From positions 3,270,646 to 3,294,645 of the forward strand of contig OZ244792.1 in the NCBI GenBank assembly GCA_965219825.1: DNA of 24,000 nucleotides, written 5' to 3'. The notes beneath the pieces were generated by a model that was given only the letters and a program-made list of their open reading frames with translations, made no database searches and had not been told where the DNA came from. The translations under genes were made by a program, and so were the position numbers. Positions 14,292 through 22,541 of the stretch are shown here, piece after piece (within the stretch, counting starts at the first letter, position 1; every line of letters starts with the position of its first letter). The stretch comes from Dehalococcoidia bacterium. Lineage in GTDB: Bacteria > Chloroflexota > Dehalococcoidia > Lucifugimonadales > JAGWBF01.

Positions 14292-15893
14292 CTATCTGCC
14301 CGTTACCCTGTAGCGGCCCTCACCTTTCAGGTAATCCGCCGTTCTCAGAGCGAGGGCCTGGATTGTGGGAGTGGGGTTGAGACCCCCGGCGGTGACCCAG
14401 ACGCTGCCGTCAATGATAAACAGGTTCTTCACGTCGTGGCTTCCGCCCCAACGGTCCACTACGGAAGTCCCGGGGTCGTCTCCCATCCGTGCAGTGCCCA
14501 AGAGGTGCCAGCCACCAATTACTCTATTGGGGTCTCCTATGACCTTCCTGGCCCCCGCTGCCTCCATAACTTCCCTGGCCCTGTCTACTCCATGAGCCAG
14601 CATTCTAACGGTGTTCTCGCTCATCCTGTAGCGTACCTTGGGAGCCGGGATGCCATTGCTATCAGCAAGGTCGGGATCCAGAGTGACGTCGTTATGTTCC
14701 TCGGGCAGGTCTTCGGACATGGCAACTATCCCGATGCTGTGGGCGGATAACTCGTCAAACTCGCGATGGTGTTGGGATCCCCAGGGAACCGGGTGCCGTG
14801 CCCAGCCACCATTAGCCGTACCTACCGGCCCCATTCCCCTCAACACCTGGAACTCATAGCCGCGGACAAAACCCCGCGCCGGGTCGGTCTCATAAAACTG
14901 CTGGCTCAACATTGTGCTGCTTATGGGGCCGACGTAGCCGTCGGACCGCTCGTCAAATACACCGATAACGCCAACAGAGGGATGGTACATCAGGTTCTTG
15001 CCTACCAGTCCACTGCTGTTGGCCAGCCCGTTGGGGAAGAGTGGCGACTGTGAGTTAAGGAGCAGGCGCGGTGTCCCTATACCGTTGCAGGCAAGCACAA
15101 TCACACGGGCCTTCTGCTCTTGGACTCGACCGTGTGCGTCGTAGTAGATGGCGCTATGGGCCATACCATCCGCGCTCACCGTGATTTCCCTCACCCTGGT
15201 ATGGGTCCGAAGGGTAGCCCCATTGCCTAGGGCCTTGGGCCAGTAGCTAGTATCTACACTGGATGGCGACCTTATTCCCGTCCCCAGGTAGGGAGTCCTG
15301 CCACCATATTCTGTTGAAATGACGGCGCTGTCTGAAGACCACCAGTGCCAACCCAGCTTGTTAAACCCCTTCGCCAGGGCCTCGCCCAGACTGCCTATGG
15401 GAAAGGGTGGGGTGGGTCTGGATGGCTTGGGTGGGTAGGCAGGGTCACCATTCAGCCCGGATGTGCCCATCTGTTGGTCATTCAGGTCGAAGTAAGGCTC
15501 CAACTCCCGGTAGGTCAAAGGCCAATCATCGGCGACGCCATCCAGGGTGCGCACCCGGAAGTCCGATGGATGGAGGCGTGGGAAATGGGAGCCCCAGTGT
15601 ATGGTGCTGCCACCCACGGCACTGTACATATAGGGGGCGATTACGGACTCCACGTTGTTTACCGGATAGTCCTGGGGTAGCTTTCTGAAATTGGGGTCGG
15701 GGTTGAAATCAGTTTGCCAGTGGACTTCCCATTCATGTTCCGTCACAGGGAACGCCTTTGGGTCAAGCCACCCCCCCTGCTCCAGGCACAACACCTGAAT
15801 ATCAGCCTGGGTGAGGCTCCAGGTCAGGGCCGCACCGGAAGCGCCGGCACCTATAACCAGGACATCCACTATATCGTTCGATTGGGCCATCAT
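14292..15893 (-). CDS. GMC-family FAD-dependent oxidoreductase
   Basis: N-terminal VDVLVIGAGASGAALTWSL...CLEQGG (FAD Rossmann fold). C-terminal HLLGTARMGDDPGTSVVD...NLFIIDGSVWVTAGGLNPTPTIQALALR (GMC C-terminal signature with the active-site His). AGGAGG immediately upstream of the ATGATG start. Confidence 0.9.
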   Translation of the reverse strand: MMAQSNDIVDVLVIGAGASGAALTWSLTQADIQVLCLEQGGWLDPKAFPVTEHEWEVHWQTDFNPDPNFRKLPQDYPVNNVESVIAPYMYSAVGGSTIHWGSHFPRLHPSDFRVRTLDGVADDWPLTYRELEPYFDLNDQQMGTSGLNGDPAYPPKPSRPTPPFPIGSLGEALAKGFNKLGWHWWSSDSAVISTEYGGRTPYLGTGIRSPSSVDTSYWPKALGNGATLRTHTRVREITVSADGMAHSAIYYDAHGRVQEQKARVIVLACNGIGTPRLLLNSQSPLFPNGLANSSGLVGKNLMYHPSVGVIGVFDERSDGYVGPISSTMLSQQFYETDPARGFVRGYEFQVLRGMGPVGTANGGWARHPVPWGSQHHREFDELSAHSIGIVAMSEDLPEEHNDVTLDPDLADSNGIPAPKVRYRMSENTVRMLAHGVDRAREVMEAAGARKVIGDPNRVIGGWHLLGTARMGDDPGTSVVDRWGGSHDVKNLFIIDGSVWVTAGGLNPTPTIQALALRTADYLKGEGRYRVTGR

Positions 15894-15944
15894 ACCTCCT
15901 GGACAGACACCGATTTGACCTGTGACCCCGCTCAGCCATTTCTC

Positions 15945-17045
15945 TTAAAGGGCTATCTCCACTTGCCTTCGCAGGCGTGCTATCCAGGCGCGCAGAAGCC
16001 CGTCGGAGAACACGCAGGGCAACGAGGGGGTCATCGTACGATAGACCCATCCACGGCTGACTCTTGACGGCCTGGTGGGGTCCAGCCACGCTTCATTATA
16101 CGCCAGCCTGGAAAGGGTTGCGAGTCCAATCAAGACCGGCCAAAGCACTGCCAGTCTCAGGCGTAAGCAACGCCTTGGTATGGAGAGCAGGTATTCCTCT
16201 GCGGCGCGGTAGTTCTCCAAGGCCGCCTCTATGCCGGCGACAAGGACCGGACGGGCCTTGTCGCCGGATGACGGATTTAGCAGTGCCTCCGGTGTAAGGC
16301 CGACACGAGCAAGCTCGGCCTCGGGCAGGTAGCAGCGTCCGATGCGCAGGTCCCTGGGTACGTCACGGAGAACGTTGGTCATCTGAAGCGCTTTGCCAAA
16401 CCGGACGCCGGTCTCTGACATGTACCCGGCATCCCATTTCCTAAGCGCAGACGTGTGGGCCATCGTAATTGTGGTCCAGAACTCACCCACGCATCCGGCC
16501 ACGTAGTACGTGTAACGGTCAAGCTCTTCAAGGTCTTTGAATGCGACAATCCGGCCCGAGTCCTCCGGGGGGAAGGTGGTCAGGTCTGTCTCCATGCCAC
16601 CGGTGAGGGTCACAACGACAGACCTCACACTGGTGCGGTCTGCCTCAGATAATGCCTCGAATAACGAGAAGGCTTCAGGCAGCGAGGTCAACAGCGCCCG
16701 CTCATCTGCTACAGACTGCTTGTCCGTCAGAGCGACTCCAATCTCTTGTATCACTCTCATGCTTGCCGGACCTTCGACCAAGCTTCTGAAAGCCAGAAGG
16801 TGACCCAGGCGTTCTCCGGGCGGCAACAGCCGCGTGTCGGCAATGGTATCGGCAGCGCGAGCGAGCAGATAGGCTAGGCCCACTGGCTCACGGAGGCTTT
16901 TGGGCAGCACTCGTAGAGTTAGGTAGAACGTCCTGGAGACGCCTCGCAGGAGACCCGTAAGCAGGCGCTCCCGGTCGGCCTGGATAATGACCGGCAATTC
17001 CCCTCCCGCTATGGGGCCCGAGGAAGTGCGTTGCATGTCCGCCAT
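15945..17045 (-). CDS. Squalene/phytoene synthase family protein (head-to-head prenyl-diphosphate condensing enzyme)
   Basis: SRTFYLTLRVLP...AYLLARAADTIAD (first DxxxD), YTYYVAGCVGEFW, ALQMTNVLRDVPRDLRIGRCYLP (second Asp-rich motif). The motif style is closer to FDFT1-type squalene synthases than to the CrtB/HpnD type (YAFCRxxDDxxD). Hydrophobic C-terminal segment LAVLWPVLIGLATL. Confidence 0.85.
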   Translation of the reverse strand: MADMQRTSSGPIAGGELPVIIQADRERLLTGLLRGVSRTFYLTLRVLPKSLREPVGLAYLLARAADTIADTRLLPPGERLGHLLAFRSLVEGPASMRVIQEIGVALTDKQSVADERALLTSLPEAFSLFEALSEADRTSVRSVVVTLTGGMETDLTTFPPEDSGRIVAFKDLEELDRYTYYVAGCVGEFWTTITMAHTSALRKWDAGYMSETGVRFGKALQMTNVLRDVPRDLRIGRCYLPEAELARVGLTPEALLNPSSGDKARPVLVAGIEAALENYRAAEEYLLSIPRRCLRLRLAVLWPVLIGLATLSRLAYNEAWLDPTRPSRVSRGWVYRTMTPSLPCVFSDGLLRAWIARLRRQVEIAL

Positions 17046-17092
17046 TTGAGCAAGACCAACAAGTGAATTTGTCCTGGGAAGAGACGGACACT

Positions 17093-17101
17093 ATTATATC
17101 A
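17093..17101 (-). promoter_or_regulatory. Extended -10 promoter TGaTATAAT for the SQS-family gene
   Basis: The minus strand reads TGATATAAT (17101..17093), 47 nt upstream of the ATG at 17045. The -35 is weak. Confidence 0.45.
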
Positions 17102-17287
17102 GATGCCAGCCTTCCATTTGATAAGTTCGATAAGGAGTCATCTGACAAAACAGATAGAGAGTCGGCAAATTTTGTTGAAGCCCTTATCCCGGCCCTTCTA
17201 CCCAAGGTCACACCGCAGGCTCCGGTCCCTCAACGACGTGACGCACATCCGGTACTTCTTTTCAATTACACGTTGCATATCCCTTCA

Positions 17288-17316
17288 TTGACAGCCCTTC
17301 AAGCTAATCATATAAT
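17288..17316 (+). promoter_or_regulatory. sdh operon promoter: perfect TTGACA-17-TATAAT
   Basis: TTGACA at 17288-17293, a 17-nt spacer, TATAAT at 17311-17316, 78 nt upstream of the sdhA ATG. A 12/12 consensus match is expected about 0.003 times by chance in this window. Confidence 0.7.
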
Positions 17317-17394
17317 TGCCACAATATGGCTGGAGGCCGGGGTGAGAAACTATCCACCAGGGTGATACACTACCGTACGTCAAGGGAGCCTGAT

Positions 17395-19068
17395 ATGCCA
17401 GAGCATGACTTAGTAGTAGTAGGTGGTGGATTCGCCGGTATGCGCGCTGCTATCGCTGCTAAAGCTGCCGGCGCTGACGTGGCCCTGGCCTCCAAGGTGC
17501 ATCCCCTCAGAAGCCATTCGTCGGGCGCTCAAAGCGGTATCAACGCCGCCTTGAGCCCTAGTGACTCCTGGCAATCCCACGCCGAGGACACCATCAGGGC
17601 GGGCGATTATTTGTCGGACCAGGACGCCGTAGAAATCCTGTGTCGAGAAGGCATCCAGGATGTAATTGACCTGGAGCACATGGGTGTCATCTTCAGCCGG
17701 GATGGTGAGGGCCGCATTGACGTGATGCCCTTCGCAGGCTCTTCCCGGCCTCGTACCTGCTACGTGGGTGACTCCGCAGGCCACGTCATCCTCCAAGTCC
17801 TCTACGAGCAGCTATTGAGATGGCAGGTTCAGACCTACGACGAATGGTTCGTCACCTCGCTTTTGATTGAGGACGGGACGTGCCGAGGAGTCATAGCCCA
17901 GGAGCTATCTTCGGGTAGACTTCAGACGTTGCACGCCAAAGCGGTTGTCCTGGCTGCCGGTGGCATGGGACGAATGTACCAACCAAGCACCTCCGCCTAT
18001 ACGGCTACTGCTGACGGAGTTGCGTTGGCATATAGAGCCGGTGTCCCTCTGATGGATATGGAGATGATACAGTATCACCCCACAACCCTCAAAGGCAGAG
18101 GGGTGGTAATTACCGAGGCGGCACGTGGAGAAGGTGCCTACCTGATCAACAAAGCCGGCGATAAATTCATGGCATCCTATGACCCTCACTCGATGGAGTT
18201 GGCAGCACGGGACCTGTGCAGCCGCGCGATAGAGACGGAGGTACTGGCCGGGAGAGGCGAGGATGGCTGTGTTTTCCTCGACTTTCGCCACCTGGATACG
18301 GCACGTATCGAGGACCGCTTGCCTGAGACCCGGCTTCTGGTGAAAAGGCTGGCGGACATTGACATCGCGAAAGACCCGGTGCCCGTTCAGCCTGCAATGC
18401 ATCGCCCAATTGGGGGCATACAGGTGGATGGCCAGGGCGCTACTGCTATGCCCGGGCTGTATGCCGCCGGAGAATGTGCCTGCTTGGGGGTCCACGGGGC
18501 CAACCGCCTGGGAGGTAACTCCCTGTTGGAGTGCATGGTCTTTGGCAGGCGCGCCGGAGAGGCCGCCGCAAGCCATGCCGGAGCCACCCGGTCACAGAGG
18601 GCATCCGAGTCCTTGCTGGTGGACGAAGAGAGGCGGACCCGGGAGATAGCCACCAGGAACGGAGGAGAGGACACCATAGGTTCCCTTCGCCGTGACCTGG
18701 CCTTGAATATGCATCAAAACGTAGGCCCATACCGAAACATAGACGGGTTGCAGGTAGTCGCTGATAGGATTGGTGACCTGAAGGAGCGGTACACACGAGT
18801 AGGCACCCCAGCCATAGGCGGCTCGTACAATCCATCCCTCTCAACTTACCTGGAGTTGGGATATATGCTGGACGTGGCCCAAGTCATCATTGCCAGTGCC
18901 CTGGCACGCCGGGAGAGTCGTGGCGCCCACTACCGGACCGATTTCCCGGATAGGGACGATGCCAACTGGCTACAACACACTATCGCCTCACGTGGCCCGG
19001 ATGGGCCAACCCTGGCCTACAAGCCTGTTGTAGTAACACAGTGGCAGCCGGAAAGGAGGGCTTACTGA
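17395..19068 (+). CDS. sdhA: Succinate dehydrogenase / fumarate reductase flavoprotein subunit
   Basis: DLVVVGGGFAGMRAA (FAD fold), RSHSSGAQSGINAAL (His for covalent FAD), HPTT, ARGEGA, HYxxGG-like MHRPIGGIQVD, GANRLGGNSLLE and ESRGAHYRTDFP. The ATG at 17395 has AAGGGAG 6 nt upstream. Confidence 0.93.
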   Translation: MPEHDLVVVGGGFAGMRAAIAAKAAGADVALASKVHPLRSHSSGAQSGINAALSPSDSWQSHAEDTIRAGDYLSDQDAVEILCREGIQDVIDLEHMGVIFSRDGEGRIDVMPFAGSSRPRTCYVGDSAGHVILQVLYEQLLRWQVQTYDEWFVTSLLIEDGTCRGVIAQELSSGRLQTLHAKAVVLAAGGMGRMYQPSTSAYTATADGVALAYRAGVPLMDMEMIQYHPTTLKGRGVVITEAARGEGAYLINKAGDKFMASYDPHSMELAARDLCSRAIETEVLAGRGEDGCVFLDFRHLDTARIEDRLPETRLLVKRLADIDIAKDPVPVQPAMHRPIGGIQVDGQGATAMPGLYAAGECACLGVHGANRLGGNSLLECMVFGRRAGEAAASHAGATRSQRASESLLVDEERRTREIATRNGGEDTIGSLRRDLALNMHQNVGPYRNIDGLQVVADRIGDLKERYTRVGTPAIGGSYNPSLSTYLELGYMLDVAQVIIASALARRESRGAHYRTDFPDRDDANWLQHTIASRGPDGPTLAYKPVVVTQWQPERRAY

Positions 19069-20033
19069 TGGAAGTTACCTTTAAGGTCCACCGATACGAT
19101 CCGTCCAACGATGGCGATGGAGAGTTACAGGCTTACAGACTGGACATCGAGGAGGATGCCTCCGTTCTGGATGCCCTGGTGCGTATAAGGGAAGAGCAGG
19201 ATAGCACCCTCGCATTTCGGGGCACCTGCCGTACCGGTTTCTGTGGCGACTGCACCATGCGCGTCAACCGCCGGAACAACATAGCCTGCGCCACAAGTGT
19301 CGGTAAGGTCGCTAAGGACGGCGAAATCACTGTCGAGCCAATCCGCCTGATAGGCAGATTAAAAGATATGATGTACGACGTGGACACAATGGTGTACGAC
19401 AAGTACAAGGCTACAGACCCCTGGATAGTTACCGGGGAGCCCCAACCGGAGCGGGAACACATAGTACCCAATGAGGTTATACGGGACCTGCGAAAGGTTA
19501 TGAGTTGCACCATGTGCTGGCTCTGTGACGAGGGCTGTACCACGATGGTGGTTGACAAGAAATTTATCGGACCCGCCGCCCTGACCAAGGGCTATAGGGT
19601 GGTCGCCGATCCCCGTGATACCAAAACTGCGGAGCGGCTTAGTAAGCTTGGAGACAAACACGGACTGTGGGACTGCTGCCACTGTTTCGAGGCCAGTGAG
19701 CATTGCCCCAAGGGGATTGATCCCACTCAGCGTATTTTCCAGCTGCGGGACCGGGCCATCAAGGAGAACATCGGTAGCCCCTCGGTATCCACGGTAAGGA
19801 ACCATTACAGGAGCTTCGCCGCTTCGGTGAAGGCCCACGGCTGGCTGGACGAGGCGCGCCTGGCTGTCGAGACTGAAGGTCTGACCAACATCAAAGGACA
19901 GCTGAAGCAGTTGCCCCTGGCACTGAAGGCATTCAGAAAAGGGAAGCGGCCCCTACCTTACTTCCTCCACCCCAAGAGAGAAGGGGCACGCGAAATCTCC
20001 GATATATTCGAGAAGTGGGAGGAGAAAAAATAA
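19068..20033 (+). CDS. sdhB: Succinate dehydrogenase / fumarate reductase iron-sulfur subunit, long (321 aa) form
   Basis: 2Fe-2[10 protein letters not shown]...C, 4Fe-4[12 protein letters not shown], and a third motif [14 protein letters not shown]. It has a roughly 80-aa C-terminal extension relative to classical SdhB. The start overlaps the sdhA stop (TGATG), with AAAGGAGGG upstream. Confidence 0.9.
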   Translation: MEVTFKVHRYDPSNDGDGELQAYRLDIEEDASVLDALVRIREEQDSTLAFRGTCRTGFCGDCTMRVNRRNNIACATSVGKVAKDGEITVEPIRLIGRLKDMMYDVDTMVYDKYKATDPWIVTGEPQPEREHIVPNEVIRDLRKVMSCTMCWLCDEGCTTMVVDKKFIGPAALTKGYRVVADPRDTKTAERLSKLGDKHGLWDCCHCFEASEHCPKGIDPTQRIFQLRDRAIKENIGSPSVSTVRNHYRSFAASVKAHGWLDEARLAVETEGLTNIKGQLKQLPLALKAFRKGKRPLPYFLHPKREGAREISDIFEKWEEKK

Positions 20034-20914
20034 TGGCATACGCATTTTACCCCGGCTGTGTTTCCAGGGGCGGGTGCCCTGAGTTGTATCCCGCTGCAAA
20101 AATGGTGGCCGCCAAACTTAATATGGAACTGCTGGAGTTGAAGGACGTGGGTTGCAGTGGGGCGGGCGTATTGAGCCAGGAAGTATCCGACCCCATCAAC
20201 GCCCGCACCCTGGCCAAGGTTGAGCAGATAGGGATGATGATGATTACTATTTGTAGCACCTGCCAGGGCGTGTTCACCCAGGCAAACCATCGCCTCAAGT
20301 CTGACCCCGAATACAGGCAGCGCATCAACAGGGACTATCTGGCCTCGGAAGGGCTGGAGTACAAGGGCACCGTGGAGGTGAAGCACTTCCTATGGGTGCT
20401 GGATGAGGAGTACGGCCTGAATAATCTGAAGGAGATGGTCGTAAGTCCCCTCACCGGGCTGAAAGTCGCACCATTCTACGGCTGCTACCTGCGTCGTCCC
20501 CCCGAGCTTATGGTTCCCAAAGGTTTCGAGAGCCGCAAGAGCGTCCTGGAAAGCACTATAGAGACTCTGGGTGGAGAAGTGACCAAGATTTCGGGCAAGG
20601 GCAAGTGCTGCGGCTTCCCCATCCTCACCGCCAACGAGGAGAGCTCTCTGGAGATGTGCGGGACCCACACCCTGGAGGCGCGGCAAAACGGCGCCGACTG
20701 CATGGTCACCCCTTGCCCCCTGTGCCACCTTGAGCTTGATGGCAAACAGGCCGACGCCGAGGAGCACAAGGGTGAGGCGATAGACATGCCTATCCTGCAC
20801 CTGCCCCAGCTTGTGGGCCTGGCCCTTGGCTTCTCGCCCAAGGAGATGGGCCTGGACAAGCACATTGTCTCCACCGACGACGTAGTGAAAAAGCTGGAGG
20901 AGATTAGGGCTTAA
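20033..20914 (+). CDS. HdrB-like CCG-domain subunit of type-E succinate:quinone oxidoreductase (SdhE-type; heterodisulfide reductase subunit B homologue)
   Basis: Two CCG-type Cys-rich domains: YPGC...GCSG...CSTC and FYGC...KCCGFP...CPLC. TAATG overlap with the sdhB stop, GGGAGGAG upstream. Confidence 0.85.
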   Translation: MAYAFYPGCVSRGGCPELYPAAKMVAAKLNMELLELKDVGCSGAGVLSQEVSDPINARTLAKVEQIGMMMITICSTCQGVFTQANHRLKSDPEYRQRINRDYLASEGLEYKGTVEVKHFLWVLDEEYGLNNLKEMVVSPLTGLKVAPFYGCYLRRPPELMVPKGFESRKSVLESTIETLGGEVTKISGKGKCCGFPILTANEESSLEMCGTHTLEARQNGADCMVTPCPLCHLELDGKQADAEEHKGEAIDMPILHLPQLVGLALGFSPKEMGLDKHIVSTDDVVKKLEEIRA

Positions 20915-20995
20915 ATTTGTCACCGAAAGCACGAGTCCACAGAGACAACTAAACGGTGAAGAAACCCACCGCACCAAACTATTAGGAAGGGTAGT

Positions 20996-21391
20996 ATGAG
21001 CACTTCCGTTGAAGGTAAAGAAGTACGAGTGGTAAGAGGAACCCAGCCTGCCAGCACCACAGCCCAAACGCGTGGGATGGAGCGCCGCCCAGGTATTGAC
21101 GCCCAGACGACCGGAGCCAAGCGAGTTTGGTTGGGACTCGTTACCTGCGCTCCCAATACAGAAGGCCCTGCCCATCATCATGGCGAGGCCGAGACAGCCG
21201 CGTATGTCGTCAGTGGGCACGTGCGCGTCTACTATGGAGAGGGATTTCGAGATTACATTGATGGTGGGCCGGGAGACTTCATTTTCGTACCGCCATACCT
21301 GCACCATATCGAAGCCAATGTCACGGACGAGCCTGCCGAGGCTGTGTTGTCTCGGGCACCCGACAATATCGTGGTGAACCTGGAAGAATAA
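20996..21391 (+). CDS. Cupin domain protein
   Basis: Cupin motif 1 region GPAHHHGEAETAAYVVSG. Cupin motif 2 GDFIFVPPYLHHIEAN fits G-x5-P-x-(G/Y)-x2-H-x3-N. Confidence 0.85.
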   Translation: MSTSVEGKEVRVVRGTQPASTTAQTRGMERRPGIDAQTTGAKRVWLGLVTCAPNTEGPAHHHGEAETAAYVVSGHVRVYYGEGFRDYIDGGPGDFIFVPPYLHHIEANVTDEPAEAVLSRAPDNIVVNLEE

Positions 21392-21485
21392 CCCTCGAAC
21401 ATCCTGATGAAGGAATTGGTTGTTGGTGTCACGTGACTAACATTCGCAGACCTTTGTTAACCCTTTGCCCTTTGGAGGAAATAAC

Positions 21486-22532
21486 ATGACCAAGATAGGC
21501 ATAATGGGGGCCGGCGCCGCCGGAAGCTACATCGGGGCCTTTCTCACCAGGGAGGGAGAGGACATAACCTTCGTTGACCAGTGGCCCGAACACGTGGACA
21601 AGATGAAAAGTGTGGGCCTCCGGGCCAGCGGCAGCCAGGGAGACTTCACCATACCCGTGAAGGCGCTACACCTGACTGAAGCCCAGAATATTGATGAGCC
21701 ATTTGACATAGCCTTCATCGCCGTGAAGTCCTACGACACCGAATGGGCTGCCCACTTCATCAAGCGCTACCTAAAGCCTACAGGCTTTGTAGTCTGCTCC
21801 CAGAATTGCATGAACGACGAGCTTATTGCCTCCATCGTGGGCTACGAAAGAGAGGTGCCGTGTGTGATGTCCCACATAGAGGTCGCCCTATGGGAGCCGG
21901 GACACGTCAACAGGGGTGGCGAGCCGGGCAGAGACCACGGCCATGACGTTTTCCGTGTAGGAGAGACCAACGGGAGAATCACCCCACGAGTCGAGAATCT
22001 GGTCGCTATGCTTAGCTGTATAGACGGTGCGAAGGTGACTACCAACATCTGGGGTGAGAGATGGGCCAAGCTGGCCCAGAACGCGATGGGCAACCCAGTA
22101 GGTGGCATCTCCGGCCTGGGCGCTAACGACATGAGCGAAGACCCGGGCGCACGCACCCTGCGCATCCACCTCGCCCGTGAGACAGTCCTGGTGGGCAAGG
22201 CCCTCAGCTACACCATTGAGCCTATCGGTGGCTTCGATGCGGACACCTGGGCTAGGGCCAACGAGGGCGAGGTCTTTGAGGAGATTGACGCCAACCTACA
22301 GGAAAGAAAAGGTAGGGTCAACTGGCATTCCTCTATGTCCCAGGATGTGAAGAAGGGCCGCCGCTCGGAGATAGACTACATGAACGGCTACGTGGTGCGG
22401 AAAGGACAGGAAGCCGGCGTGCCCACACCCGTGAGCGCCGCCGTCACCGCCGCCATGCAGGAGGTAGACGCCGGCAGGCTTAAGCCTGACCCTTCCAACA
22501 TAGACCGGGTCCTGGAACAGGCCGGTATTTAG
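21486..22532 (+). CDS. Ketopantoate reductase (2-dehydropantoate 2-reductase) family oxidoreductase
   Basis: KIGIMGAGAAGSYIGAFL (NADP fold), AVKSYD (catalytic Lys region), QNCMN, and C-terminal SMSQDVKKGRRSEIDYMNGYVVRKGQEAGVPTP. The ATG at 21486 has GGAGG upstream. At 348 aa it is somewhat longer than typical PanE, so the substrate is not assumed. Confidence 0.85.
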   Translation: MTKIGIMGAGAAGSYIGAFLTREGEDITFVDQWPEHVDKMKSVGLRASGSQGDFTIPVKALHLTEAQNIDEPFDIAFIAVKSYDTEWAAHFIKRYLKPTGFVVCSQNCMNDELIASIVGYEREVPCVMSHIEVALWEPGHVNRGGEPGRDHGHDVFRVGETNGRITPRVENLVAMLSCIDGAKVTTNIWGERWAKLAQNAMGNPVGGISGLGANDMSEDPGARTLRIHLARETVLVGKALSYTIEPIGGFDADTWARANEGEVFEEIDANLQERKGRVNWHSSMSQDVKKGRRSEIDYMNGYVVRKGQEAGVPTPVSAAVTAAMQEVDAGRLKPDPSNIDRVLEQAGI

Positions 22533-22541
22533 CTCAGAGGG

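Noticed and set aside
17063-17365. 100-aa and 62-aa ORFs inside the SQS/sdh divergent intergenic region
   Set aside because: They have no RBS and atypical, AT-richer codon usage, and they run straight through the consensus sdh promoter. I treat them as non-coding.
20390-21307. 305-aa minus-strand ORF spanning the sdhE-like gene, the intergenic gap and the cupin gene
   Set aside because: Crossing an intergenic region made it look interesting. However, the sequence is low-complexity (Leu/Gly/Ala/Val runs), has no RBS, and opposes two genes with clear motifs. It is most likely a chance open frame in GC-rich DNA.
20996-21391. The 131-aa gene after the sdh genes as the missing small SdhF/SdhD subunit of type-E SDH
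   Set aside because: The size fits, but the sequence carries both cupin motifs (HHH..E and G-x5-P-x-Y-x2-H-x3-N). It has no Cys-rich or amphipathic-anchor character, and it is separated from the operon by 81 nt.
21428-21437. Perfect 10-bp palindrome GTCACGTGAC upstream of the ketopantoate-reductase-family gene (and GAAGATCTTC at 3753-3762 between thiY and tenA)
   Set aside because: A perfect 10-bp palindrome needs only 5 matches, so about 23 are expected by chance in 24 kb. Position alone is not enough to call an operator.
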